A stretch of 64,000 bases of DNA from Candidatus Latescibacterota bacterium. Its GTDB lineage: Bacteria > Latescibacterota > UBA2968 > GCA-2709665. The notes beneath the pieces are model-generated. The model saw only the letters and a program-made list of their open reading frames with translations. It did no database searches and was not told where the DNA came from. This document shows, piece by piece, positions 19,477 to 29,312 of this stretch. The first letter of the stretch is position 1. Each line of letters begins with the position of its first letter. A program made the position numbers and the translations under genes. The stretch covers positions 1,312,001 to 1,376,000 of the forward strand of contig CBDDDZ010000005.1 of NCBI GenBank assembly GCA_965226795.1, in the 5' to 3' direction.

Positions 19477-20550
19477 ATGGACAGGTTACGAGTGGCTCAA
19501 TTCGGGCTCACGCACCCTCACGCTCTCGCGCACCTGAAAACGTTGCAGTTGTCCGATATGGTGCGTGGTATCGTGCTGTATGACGGCGACGCACGGGTTG
19601 TCGCGGAAGTTCAGACGACGATGGGAGACAAGGTCGAAGGGGGATACCACGACCTGGATGAGATGCTCGATAAGGAATCCTTCGAGGTGGGAATCGCGGA
19701 TTTTCAGAATCACCTTAACGGGCCGCTTTGCCTCAGGCTGATCGACAGCGGCATCCACGTGATCAGCGAGAAGCCAATTTCCGATTCCTCGGCGGAACTG
19801 TCTCGAATTGTCGACGCCGCGGCGCGATCGGATTTGAAACTGGGCGTTATGTACCAGAACCGGTACCATCCGGTCTCCCTGGAGGCGCGCCGATTGGTGA
19901 AGGAGGGGATCATCGGCCGGGTCACCGGGTGCGAGGCAAGGATGATTACGTCGCAGGTGAGGTTTCGGAATCCCCGCCACTGGTTGTTCGACAAACAGAA
20001 AGCCGGCGGCGGGATCCTCTCGTGGTTGGGATGTCATTATATCGATTTGTTGCGTTATGTGTTGGACGACGACGTGGTCGAGGTCTGTGCAATTGCCGAC
20101 ACGCTGAGCGGCGAGGACATTGACGTGGAAGACGTGGCATCGCTCGCATTCCGGTTCAGAGGGGGCGCCATCGGCAGCCTGCATGCCGGGTATCAGCTCG
20201 CGGTGAGCATCCCTGGTTATTCGGGTGCGACTTACGACAACTACGTCGGGTTTCGCGGCACCGAAGGAAGGGTGTACTGGAATCCAGTCGACAAACCGGC
20301 TGTATTGCACGCTGAGAGCGCGACACCGGGCTGGCAGGCCTCCCCGGCGCGCTCGTATCGGTACGCGTTGCCCCAGGTGGACTGTTACGGAGGCGCGTTC
20401 GGAATGGCGTTCCTGGAACGGTTTTTCCGCGCAGTGAACGGAGACGGGGAGCCCCCGGCCACCGGCGAGGACGCGCTCAAGGTGGCCAGGATAATCGAGG
20501 CTGCCTACGAGTCCAGCGAAACCGGCCGCCGGATCGATGTGGATTCGTGA
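19477..20550 (+). CDS. Gfo/Idh/MocA-family oxidoreductase
   Basis: HVISEKP, GGGILSWLGCHYID and DVED motifs. GGAG RBS. Confidence 0.88.
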   Translation: MDRLRVAQFGLTHPHALAHLKTLQLSDMVRGIVLYDGDARVVAEVQTTMGDKVEGGYHDLDEMLDKESFEVGIADFQNHLNGPLCLRLIDSGIHVISEKPISDSSAELSRIVDAAARSDLKLGVMYQNRYHPVSLEARRLVKEGIIGRVTGCEARMITSQVRFRNPRHWLFDKQKAGGGILSWLGCHYIDLLRYVLDDDVVEVCAIADTLSGEDIDVEDVASLAFRFRGGAIGSLHAGYQLAVSIPGYSGATYDNYVGFRGTEGRVYWNPVDKPAVLHAESATPGWQASPARSYRYALPQVDCYGGAFGMAFLERFFRAVNGDGEPPATGEDALKVARIIEAAYESSETGRRIDVDS

Positions 20551-20608
20551 GAGAAGAAGTGGAAATCGGAAACAATGGACCCATCGTGTTTCTTGCCCCG
20601 GGTGGCTT

Positions 20609-21439
20609 GTGATCGATTCCAATGACATCAGAACATTGGCGGGAGGTGCGGTTCAGCCGCTGGGTCTTGCAGGTTCCCCCGACACACAGAGCGGATTCGC
20701 TCCCGTCGCACACCGGGCCGGGGTTAATTTCTTTTTCTTTTACGGCCTGAACTTTGGAGGAATGGTCGACGGCGTGAAGCGCCTGCTCCAGCGACATCGA
20801 AACGAGATATTCGTAGCGACCGGAACGGAGTCCCGCGACCCGGGTGAGATGCGGGACTATTTTGACGCGGCGCGCAGGGCGCTGGGTGTGGACGCGATCG
20901 ACCTGTTCTTTGCCGAATATGTGTCACCGGCGGACGATATCCAGGATGTGCTGGGAAAGGGCGGCGCGATCGACGAAATCTGGAAGTGGAAGAACGACGG
21001 AAACGTCTGCTACGTTGGCGCAACCGCCCATAGCCGTTCACTTTCGATCCGCCTTGTCGAGAGCGGTCGGGTCCAGGTGTTGATGCACCGGTACAATATG
21101 GCGCACCGGAAGTCGGAGCACGAGGTGTTGCCCGCGGCCATCGAGGCGGGCGTACCCGTGGTCGCGTTCACCTGTACACGCTGGGGTTCGCTGCTGAAGG
21201 GGCATGCCGATTGGCCGGGGCAGGTGCCCTCGGCGGCGGATTGTTACCGCTTCGTCCTGCAGCACCCGGCTGTCCATCTGGCATTGACCGCCCCCGCCAC
21301 CGAGCATCATCTACGAGAAAATCTCAAGGTGCTTACAGATCCTGGCGAACCGGGCCCGGAAGAGATGGCGGCCGGGAAGACATACGGAGACCTCGTTTAC
21401 GGGGAAGGCACCGATGCATTTGAAACACGTTGGCCTTAA
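20609..21439 (+). CDS. Aldo/keto reductase-like protein with non-canonical catalytic residues
   Basis: VGATAH, VLMHRYNMAHR and CYRFVLQHPAV are AKR-like motifs. Start is uncertain (20537-20609). Confidence 0.72.
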   Translation: MIDSNDIRTLAGGAVQPLGLAGSPDTQSGFAPVAHRAGVNFFFFYGLNFGGMVDGVKRLLQRHRNEIFVATGTESRDPGEMRDYFDAARRALGVDAIDLFFAEYVSPADDIQDVLGKGGAIDEIWKWKNDGNVCYVGATAHSRSLSIRLVESGRVQVLMHRYNMAHRKSEHEVLPAAIEAGVPVVAFTCTRWGSLLKGHADWPGQVPSAADCYRFVLQHPAVHLALTAPATEHHLRENLKVLTDPGEPGPEEMAAGKTYGDLVYGEGTDAFETRWP

Positions 21440-21452
21440 TGCTGGAGCCCCC

Positions 21453-22220
21453 ATGTACCCTTGGCGCCCATTGCTGATTCTGCTCTTCGCGACCGCATGT
21501 GGTCCGAGTCCTGAAAATCCGCCGGCTGAAGGATTCAATGATGCCGGTTCGGACGCCAGGGCGATTGAGATTGCCGATGCCGTAATGCGGGAAATGGGAG
21601 GCCGCCGGAACTGGGACGGAACCCGGTATCTCACCTGGAGATTCTTCGGCCGGCGGTTGCACGTGTGGGACCGGTGGACCGGTGACATCCGCTTTGAGGA
21701 GGCCGATCGCGTCACCCTGATGAACGTCAATAGCAGGGAAGGGCGGGTTTGGAAGGGCGGGGAGGAAATCGCGGAGCCGGATTCTCTTGAGAAATATCTC
21801 AACAGAGGGTACCGCGCCTGGATCAACGATTCCTACTGGCTGGTGATGCCTTACAAGCTGAAGGATTCGGGGGTGGCGTTAAAGTACAGCGGCGAAGGCA
21901 GGCAGGAGAACGGGCGAGACGCTTTCGTCCTTACGTTGACATTTGACAACGTTGGCGTGACCCCGCAGAACAAATACGACGTCTATGTCGACAGGGAACG
22001 TATGCTGGTGGAACAGTGGGCGTTCTACAGGAATGCGTCCGACGTGGAACCGCGGTTTGTCGGCCCGTGGGTGGACTGGAAGCCTCACGGACGAATCCTG
22101 CTGTCCGCGAACCGGGGCCGGACGTCGCATTCCGACGTGGCCGTTTTCGATGACCTGCCACGCGCTGTGTTTGAAAGCCCTGAACCGGTGGATATGATGG
22201 CGTACGAAAAGGCCAGGTGA
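21453..22220 (+). CDS. Lipoprotein of unknown function (DUF6503-like)
   Basis: Lipobox LLFATAC followed by ADAVMREMGG..NW and WINDSYWLVMPYKLKDSGV. Confidence 0.65.
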   Translation: MYPWRPLLILLFATACGPSPENPPAEGFNDAGSDARAIEIADAVMREMGGRRNWDGTRYLTWRFFGRRLHVWDRWTGDIRFEEADRVTLMNVNSREGRVWKGGEEIAEPDSLEKYLNRGYRAWINDSYWLVMPYKLKDSGVALKYSGEGRQENGRDAFVLTLTFDNVGVTPQNKYDVYVDRERMLVEQWAFYRNASDVEPRFVGPWVDWKPHGRILLSANRGRTSHSDVAVFDDLPRAVFESPEPVDMMAYEKAR

Positions 22221-22501
22221 AGATTGACCCGAAACAACATCATCGTACCGCACTGATCCGTTATCGCGTCGGTAGCCTGAAGCGTATAGATGGATCGCAC
22301 AATGTGCGTAGATGAGTCGCCTTCAAGCGCTTTTTATGCTCCGTGAAGACGACATTAAGGCCCTTGTAGTCGAAGGGCTTTATTTCATGCCTTTGGTAGT
22401 TCCCGCCCGTCATCTTTTTCGCCTTGCGCGGTCCGGACCCGACTGGCAGGATTCCGGTTGTGCAGCTTCGACGCTGTCCTGCGCACCGAAGGCGCACATT
22501 C

Positions 22502-22530
22502 TTGACTTGACAGATCAATTTGCGTATGTT
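22502..22530 (+). promoter_or_regulatory. Putative sigma70 promoter
   Basis: TTGACT-17 nt-TATGTT, about 345 nt upstream of the ATG at 22876. Confidence 0.45.
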
Positions 22531-22875
22531 GTGAAAACTCTGTGGCGCCCAAAAAAGTCCGGGTCGAACGGTTGCGGGCAGAGTGTCGCAGGATGCGAAA
22601 GTTTCCGCACAAAAGGGGCTCTAGGGCAATCGAATGCTCGCCCGGAACGCCCTGTTTAAAGACGGATTAGCCGCTTCGCGGGTGAAAACATCCGCTAACC
22701 GTCACTGCATTGAATAGTAGATATCTGTTCGATCGAAAGATGGTAACGACAACTGCGGACTGGCGGTGGCGAACGGTGGTGCCACGCCTCGACGCATTCC
22801 GGATTAGTAGACGATCGCGTAAAACAGTTGCCGGGTCACAAAGATTACCGACAAAAAAATTAAGGGAGGGCGGCT

Positions 22876-23646
22876 ATGCGTTTCTTTATGAGATGGATCA
22901 TCATTGGATTGCCGTTGCTGTGGCCCGCAATCGGAGATGCACAATTGATGAAGGAGGGGACGGAAAAGCCGAAGCCCACCGGCGGTGACCCCGCCGGCGC
23001 GTGGATGGCGGACTCGACGGCGCTGCCGGTCTGGGCGGACCCAAAAATATGGGCCGTGATTAACGATCCGTCCATCGACGGAACAGTAGACGGAACCCTG
23101 ATATTAAATGCCGAGTCCGGTACCTACGAGGCCGATTACGTCGCATCGGTAAAGGTGAAGCTGTCCGTACCAGCGTTCAGTATCAGCCTCGATAGTACGT
23201 TCGTCGTACCGCGGAAACAGGAGGGCGTCTACGAAATCAAGGACTCCAACCTGATACTCGAATACACGCCCGAGGATGAAGAGGCCGCGGTGAGAGATAC
23301 GTTGGGATTTACGGTCAGGGAAGATTCCCTGTTTATACTTCAGGACGTGCCGCTCGGTCAGTATGAGTTTGCGTTGGCTTTTCTTCAAGCGGAGGCGCCT
23401 CTGGCCGTGATGGGGTTCGCGAAGGTGGAAGAAGAACCCGATCCGGATCCCGATCCGCCTGAACCCGGGGTCGCCGCGGACTTCAATGGAGACGGGAGTG
23501 TAGATTTTTCGGACTTTATTTCGTTTGCGCAGAACTTCGGGCGGAGCGAGGGGGACGCGAACTTCGACGCCCGGTTCGACCTGAGTGGGGACGGGAGTGT
23601 AGATTTTTCGGACTTTATTGCGTTCGCCCAACAATTCGGCCAGTAG
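22876..23646 (+). CDS. Secreted protein with C-terminal tandem EF-hand/dockerin-like module
   Basis: Signal peptide, a PD-rich linker, then DFNGDGSVDFSDFISFAQNFG and DLSGDGSVDFSDFIAFAQQFG. GGAGG RBS. Confidence 0.8.
   Translation: MRFFMRWIIIGLPLLWPAIGDAQLMKEGTEKPKPTGGDPAGAWMADSTALPVWADPKIWAVINDPSIDGTVDGTLILNAESGTYEADYVASVKVKLSVPAFSISLDSTFVVPRKQEGVYEIKDSNLILEYTPEDEEAAVRDTLGFTVREDSLFILQDVPLGQYEFALAFLQAEAPLAVMGFAKVEEEPDPDPDPPEPGVAADFNGDGSVDFSDFISFAQNFGRSEGDANFDARFDLSGDGSVDFSDFIAFAQQFGQ
23491..23619 (+). repeat. Identical 30-bp direct repeat within the dockerin-like module
   Basis: gacgggagtgtagatttttcggactttatt at 23491-23520 and 23590-23619. Confidence 0.9.
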
Positions 23647-23669
23647 CAGCAACGTTGGGACTGTCGTCG

Positions 23670-24440
23670 CTATGGGACGCCGGTGAGGAGGAGGCCGCCG
23701 TCCACAGGCAGTGAGACGCCGTTTATGTTTGCGGCGTGGGGGCTGGAGAGAAAGACCACGGCGCGTCCGATGTCTTCCGGTGTGCCGCCCCTGCGCGTGG
23801 GGATGAAGCCGTGGAGGTTTTCGGGCGCGCTGCCGCGCGCAGGCGGGTTCTGCCCGAAGGCGTGTACGGTGTCCATATAGCCGGGCAGGATAGCGTTGCA
23901 GCGAATGCCCAGGGGCGCCAGTTCGTACGCCATGCTCATGGTAAGACGCAGGATGCCCGCCTTCGCGGTTCCGTAACAGGTGTCGTTCTCCCACACGGCC
24001 TGCGCGTGTACCGACGAAATGCTCACGATGCTCCCGCCCGCGCGCCGTTCCGCCATATTTCGGGCTGCCGCCTGGCTGCACAGGAAATACCCTTTCAGAC
24101 AGACGTCCAACGTTCGGTCCCAGATTGCTTCGGTGATTTCCAGGAAGGGCATGTTCTCGGACCAATAGGGGTTGTTGACCAGGATGTCGACGCGGCCGAA
24201 GCGATCTACAAAAGCGTCAAACATCCGGTTCACCGCAGTCGCGCTGGAAATATCGGCTTCAAAAAAGGCTGCTTCGCGGCCCGCTTCTTTTATAAGATCC
24301 AGGGTTGTTTCAGCATCGGCGTCGCGCTCGACGTCGTTGATGCCCACGTCGCATCCGGCTTCCGACAGCGCCTGGGCGATCCCCCTGCCGATGCTGCGCC
24401 TTGAGCCGGTAACGAGTGCTTTCTTGCCGTCGAGCAACAT
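23670..24440 (-). CDS. SDR-family oxidoreductase
   Basis: TGSRRSIG, DILVNN, SISS, YGTAK and PVDGG motifs. Confidence 0.9.
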   Translation of the reverse strand: MLLDGKKALVTGSRRSIGRGIAQALSEAGCDVGINDVERDADAETTLDLIKEAGREAAFFEADISSATAVNRMFDAFVDRFGRVDILVNNPYWSENMPFLEITEAIWDRTLDVCLKGYFLCSQAAARNMAERRAGGSIVSISSVHAQAVWENDTCYGTAKAGILRLTMSMAYELAPLGIRCNAILPGYMDTVHAFGQNPPARGSAPENLHGFIPTRRGGTPEDIGRAVVFLSSPHAANINGVSLPVDGGLLLTGVP

Positions 24441-24540
24441 AGATGTACCTCGCTATTAGTGGATCGTGGAACGGAATGGGAGTTGCAGGCATGAAATACG
24501 ATATCGTTTTTCACCTGTCAAATAGAAAAGGGGGGAGGCA

Positions 24541-25263
24541 ATGATGGCTTCCCCCTCTGACTTGAGAGGTGTTTTTTTCATTGCGGCCCTTGTGCTCGGT
24601 CTGGCCGGGCGGGCCCTTGCTGAGGAGCCGGCGCCGATTGTGCCGGAATTTGAAGAAAGTCTGAAGGTTGCCCCTGATGCTTCTCGTGTACAGTCGGCTC
24701 CGGAATTGCTTGTTGCCGCGGCTGCGATGGAAGCGGGAGACTATACGTTGGCGGCAAGGGAACTCCAGGCGCTTACCATGAAAGACTCTACAAACCTCGA
24801 CGCGCTGCGTATGCTTGCAAGCGCTTACCTGCGCCAGAAAGCCTACGCGCGGGCTGTTCCGGTCTCCGAACGGATTGCAGCGCTGGATTCCACGGACGCG
24901 GGCGTCAGGGTCGCCCTGGGTTTCCTGCACGAGAAGCTGGGAGACGTGGACCGATCCCTGATGGCGTATACGGATGCCCTCGAGATCGATGCCGAGATGA
25001 TTCAGGCGTACCAGGGTCTGGGATGGATCCTCCTGCAGCGGCGACAGCTTCAGGAAGCCATGAATATGATTGCGAAGGCCACCGAACTTGAGCCCGGATA
25101 CGCCCCGAATTACGTTCTTATGGGACGTGTGCTGACGGCTCAGGGCTTTTATGAAAATGCCCGGCAGGCCTTCGAGACTGCATTCAGGCTGGACTCCAGA
25201 TTGCGCGAACAATATGGAATCTTGCTTCAGGAGCTTGTCCTGAGACATCGACTCGGGCGGTGA
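24541..25263 (+). CDS. Exported tetratricopeptide-repeat protein
   Basis: Signal peptide (ALA-EE) followed by several TPR-like repeats. GGAGG RBS. Confidence 0.8.
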   Translation: MMASPSDLRGVFFIAALVLGLAGRALAEEPAPIVPEFEESLKVAPDASRVQSAPELLVAAAAMEAGDYTLAARELQALTMKDSTNLDALRMLASAYLRQKAYARAVPVSERIAALDSTDAGVRVALGFLHEKLGDVDRSLMAYTDALEIDAEMIQAYQGLGWILLQRRQLQEAMNMIAKATELEPGYAPNYVLMGRVLTAQGFYENARQAFETAFRLDSRLREQYGILLQELVLRHRLGR

Positions 25264-25406
25264 ACCATCCGGGAGCAGGACGTCCGGAATCTCCCGGGCG
25301 AGACCGTCGTTTTTTGTTAAGATGAATGGCGGGAACTTATCTAACGCAGCTGAGGGGCGATTGAGGGGATGTCTCCTGGATTCAACTAAAGGATGGATAT
25401 CAGGAG

Positions 25407-26165
25407 TTATTTTAGGGAAAAAGTGATCGGCATTATCATCCAGACCTTGCGTTTTTGGCCTTCGTGCTTACCGGGGCGGAAGCGGAATTGACGGGCGGCG
25501 TCTATGGCGTAGCGTCGAAAGATCTCCGGACCGCTGATAACCTCAGCTTTTTCCACGTGGCCCCTTTTGTCCACAAGTACGCGAACTTTAACCTCGCCTT
25601 CCAACTTCGCCTTGTGAGCGGCCCGCGGATATTCGGGCGCCACGATACGAATGGGATGCGGCTTATATTCGATGTCGAACTCGTCCAACGGAGCGTCCGA
25701 CGGCGGGCCTGCAGCAATCGGACCCGTCAGGTGAAGATCCAGAGGGAGCGCATCGAGGTCCAGTTCGGTGGTTTCGATCGTAACGTCTTCAGGGACTTCC
25801 TCCCCTTCAACCTCGATCGGTACACTCGGACGAGGCGGCGGCGGCGGACGCTGGGCCTGGGAAGTCTCGGGAATTTGCGCCCACTGCACGACGTCTATCT
25901 GTGGGTCGTTCAGCACCACCGTGGGGATATGTTCGGGGTAGATGAGTACGGCGAATAGCATGAACAGGAAGGATGCGCCCACCGATTTGACAAAGCGGGT
26001 CCGGTAGTCGAGTTTGAGGTCCATGTCGGGGTCTTTGGAGCGAACCGATACCCGAACACCCGTCGGATGATCCTCTAGAAGGCGCAGAAACCTCTCCTGG
26101 CGCTCACGAAATCGCGCCAACTGCGCCAGGAGCGAATGATTGAAGCGATGGTGAACGATATTCAT
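25407..26165 (-). CDS. tonB: Energy transducer TonB-family protein
   Basis: TM anchor, RPPPPPRP linker, and C-terminal PEYPRAA...EGEVKVRVLVDKRGHV...FRFRPG...PITF. Confidence 0.85.
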   Translation of the reverse strand: MNIVHHRFNHSLLAQLARFRERQERFLRLLEDHPTGVRVSVRSKDPDMDLKLDYRTRFVKSVGASFLFMLFAVLIYPEHIPTVVLNDPQIDVVQWAQIPETSQAQRPPPPPRPSVPIEVEGEEVPEDVTIETTELDLDALPLDLHLTGPIAAGPPSDAPLDEFDIEYKPHPIRIVAPEYPRAAHKAKLEGEVKVRVLVDKRGHVEKAEVISGPEIFRRYAIDAARQFRFRPGKHEGQKRKVWMIMPITFSLK

Positions 26166-26541
26166 TGTTCAATCTGGTGAGGTCACGAGTCGAAGGCAAC
26201 TATGCTCGCGCCTGGAACGGATTCGCTCTTCGTTCCGGATCAATTCCCGGAGAATAGGGCTATCGGGCAATTGATCAACGAAGTTCGCCGCTTGGCCGGT
26301 TTCGTCTCTTTTACTCTTAAACCAACAAGAGGAGAAATGGTTCCGGGCCGATGGCTTTGCTCAGCCCGGCCCGGCAGATGCTGAGACGACAGGAATCTTC
26401 GCTCGTGAATATTCGGCCCACATCGGTAACGCAGACGTGCCTGAAGCCATAGATCACTAAGTTAGTACAGACGTGCGAAAAGTCAAGCGCAAACTTGAAA
26501 AAGCGGTGCGGTTCCACCATAACAAGGCGGGCCATGGCATT

Positions 26542-26877
26542 ATGTACAACAGAACGGGCATTCCCGTCCGGATCGACGTTCGGCGGAACGACGGCGAGAT
26601 GGAAATCGAATGGCGCGGCGGCGGCGTTGACCGTCTGCCGCTTTACGAGTTGCGGCGCTGGTGTCCGTGCGCGCTGTGCTCGGACCAGCGCGCACATCAG
26701 GCCCGGAACCAGGGTCTGCACATGTTGACGGCGGAGGAGCGCGATGCTACGGCCGATGTGGTGGATGTGATTCCGGTGGGCCGGTACGCGATACAGATCA
26801 GGTGGGGAGACGGTCACGATACGGGGATCTACACGTACGACTCCCTGCGGAAAATGGGCGAGGATCGTCGGAGCTGA
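26542..26877 (+). CDS. DUF971 (GBBH N-terminal-like) protein
   Basis: LRRWCPCALC and VGRYAIQIRWGDGHDTGIYTYDSLR motifs. Confidence 0.88.
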   Translation: MYNRTGIPVRIDVRRNDGEMEIEWRGGGVDRLPLYELRRWCPCALCSDQRAHQARNQGLHMLTAEERDATADVVDVIPVGRYAIQIRWGDGHDTGIYTYDSLRKMGEDRRS

Positions 26878-26995
26878 ATGGCGGGGCTGGGAACCCGCCC
26901 GTGGGATCAATCGTTGACAGATCGGGCACGGTGATGCCATATTGCAGGTGTGCGGAATAAGGACCGTTTGGGAACCTCATATCCTGGAGAACCCT

Positions 26996-27919
26996 ATGGC
27001 GCAGTCTATCGAGAGTGGTCTGGTTGCACACGTGACGAAGAATACCGCATTGCCGGTACCCCAAAGAATGCTGGGTAAAACTGGCGTGCGTGTACCCGTT
27101 CTTGGCTACGGATCGGCCCCCGGCGGGATTGGCATGGACGACGATGACGCCATTGCACTTTGCCACAGGGCGATCGATCTCGGCGTGACATTTATCGATA
27201 CCGCGCCCGGGTATGGCCGGGCGCATCTCCAACTGGGGCAGGTGATGGCGGACCGCAGGGATGAAGTCTTCCTGGTCACCAAAACGCCGGCCGACGATGC
27301 GGCGGAGGCGCTGTCGATGCTGGAGAACGGTCTGAAGGACCTGCAAACCGACCAGGTCGACCTGGTTTACGTGCATTCGATGGGTAACCGGGACGTGGAC
27401 AGGGTGCTGGCCTCCGGTGGCGCGCTGGAGGGTCTACGGGAGGCGCGGCGGCGAGGATGGACCCGGTTTATCGGAGTCACGGCGCACAACGCGCCCTGGC
27501 GAACCGTGCGGGTACTGAAGGAAGCGGAAATCGACGTGATGATGCTTGCCATGAACATTGCCGACCGATATACGTACAACTTTGAGAACGAAGTGCTGCC
27601 TATCGCCTGTGAACAGAACGTCGGGGTAGCGGCCATGAAGGTATACGGGGGGGCGCCGGGAATGAATTACGATAAACCGACGCTTTCGGCCCTGGCCGCG
27701 CACGGGCCGCACGATCATGAAGCGGCGCTCCGGTACGCGTTGGGGCTGCCAGGGGTCGGCACGGCGGTGGTGGGAGTGTTTACCGAGGCTGAACTGATGC
27801 AGAACGTGGAATGGGCGCGGCGAATTACACCGCTGGATGAGGCGGATAGCCTCGCCGCGGAGCGCATCGGGCGGAAGGTAGCCGCCGACTGGGGGCCGCA
27901 TTACGGGGCGGTGGAATAA
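26996..27919 (+). CDS. Aldo/keto reductase
   Basis: Canonical tetrad in IDTAPGYG, VTKT and DLVYVH. Confidence 0.88.
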   Translation: MAQSIESGLVAHVTKNTALPVPQRMLGKTGVRVPVLGYGSAPGGIGMDDDDAIALCHRAIDLGVTFIDTAPGYGRAHLQLGQVMADRRDEVFLVTKTPADDAAEALSMLENGLKDLQTDQVDLVYVHSMGNRDVDRVLASGGALEGLREARRRGWTRFIGVTAHNAPWRTVRVLKEAEIDVMMLAMNIADRYTYNFENEVLPIACEQNVGVAAMKVYGGAPGMNYDKPTLSALAAHGPHDHEAALRYALGLPGVGTAVVGVFTEAELMQNVEWARRITPLDEADSLAAERIGRKVAADWGPHYGAVE

Positions 27920-27935
27920 AAAGCGATACGAGAAA

Positions 27936-29075
27936 ATGATCTCTGGGAGCCCTGTTGGCGCAGGATTCACACGACTGACGGTTGGCGTCCGCCGGGTTCC
28001 GACCGGCGTATGGTCCGGTCTTGCAGTGCTGGCTCTGTGCGCGTGTGGGGTCGACGAAACAGGTTCGCTCCTGGGAGGTGTGGCGCCCAGATCGTTTGGC
28101 GTGGTCGGACCGATGGTTGAACCCAGGAGGGATCACACGGCCACCCGACTATCCGACGGCACCGTGTTGATTGCCGGAGGGTTACACGTAGTAACCGCCG
28201 GCATTGAAGAACCACTGACCCGTGCGGAGGTCTTCGATCCGGTCACGGGACGGTTTCGGCTTACCGACAGCCTGCCCGAGGGGCGCAGCGGACACGTGGC
28301 TGCCTTATTGAACAACGGCAAGGTGTTGATTGCCGGAGGAGGCCAGCAACCGCTGGTTCTGTACGATCCCGATTCCGGTTCCTTTGTCGGCAGTGCGGCC
28401 ACAAGCAGGATTCAGCGCCTGCGAACGGCGACGACGCTACAGGATGGCCGGGTAATGCTGTTGGGCGATTTGAGCTTCGCGGCGGAGATTTACGACCCTG
28501 AAAAGGACGATATTGCAAAGACACTCACGGTGGGTACAAGGCGCGTGCAACAGACTGCAACGTTGCTGAACAACGGAGATGTGCTCATCGCGGGCGGCGC
28601 CCGGGGACTAGCCGAGCGATTCCATCCGGCAACCGGGAGATTTGTGCCGCCGGGCAGCGCCAGCTCGCAGGTCGTTAGATACGGGCATACGGCGACGTTG
28701 CTGGCCGATGGACGCGTGTTGCTGACCGGGGGCAGTGCCGAGTTCGGAGGACAGGTGTTCGCGCCCGTGAACAGCACCGAGATTTTCAATCCGGACATCC
28801 CGTCGTTCCGAGACGCGGGCGATATGCAAATTCCAAGGTTTGGACACGTGGCCACCCGGCTGCGCGACGGAAGGGTGCTCATAATGGGCGGCGCAGCCGC
28901 CGATGCCGAGCTCTACGATCCCGTTACGCGGGCGTTTCAGTTTGTGGGCGGAGACGAGGGCCGGGTTCGAAGCGGCGCTACCGCCACCCTGTTGAACGAT
29001 GGCCGGGTACTGGTGGCCGGAGGTGTGGACGAGGAGTTTTCATATCTCGAGAATGCGTTGGTGTACAATCCTTAA
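27936..29075 (+). CDS. Kelch-repeat beta-propeller lipoprotein
   Basis: Lipobox ALCAC and repeated R..HTATLL.DG.VLIAGG...AE.YDP units. Start is uncertain. Confidence 0.85.
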   Translation: MISGSPVGAGFTRLTVGVRRVPTGVWSGLAVLALCACGVDETGSLLGGVAPRSFGVVGPMVEPRRDHTATRLSDGTVLIAGGLHVVTAGIEEPLTRAEVFDPVTGRFRLTDSLPEGRSGHVAALLNNGKVLIAGGGQQPLVLYDPDSGSFVGSAATSRIQRLRTATTLQDGRVMLLGDLSFAAEIYDPEKDDIAKTLTVGTRRVQQTATLLNNGDVLIAGGARGLAERFHPATGRFVPPGSASSQVVRYGHTATLLADGRVLLTGGSAEFGGQVFAPVNSTEIFNPDIPSFRDAGDMQIPRFGHVATRLRDGRVLIMGGAAADAELYDPVTRAFQFVGGDEGRVRSGATATLLNDGRVLVAGGVDEEFSYLENALVYNP

Positions 29076-29312
29076 GTATCCCAAGTTTGGCGGATAATGT
29101 ATAACCGAGGCTGAATCCCGCATGGGCGGCCTCTATTTTTTGTGCGGTTATTTCTGACGACGTCTCGAAGGTGATACAACTCTGCAGGGCAATCCGCGAT
29201 TCAAAATGCCTGCCTCTTCAGCCTTCGAACGCGCCCGATCGATTGCGTAAAACGCACGCGTTGACGGGTCTGTTCCCGTATGGTTGGATATGCCTAGAAG
29301 GTTTCGGATCTG

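Noticed and set aside
22550..22860. RNase P RNA (AAAGTCCGGG and GGGTGAAA look-alikes)
   Set aside because: The conserved 3' P4 strand (CCGGCTTA-like) and other core motifs are missing.
25407..26877. TonB plus DUF971 as an iron-uptake module
   Set aside because: The genes are divergent, with no ExbBD or receptor nearby. Stand-alone copies of both are common.
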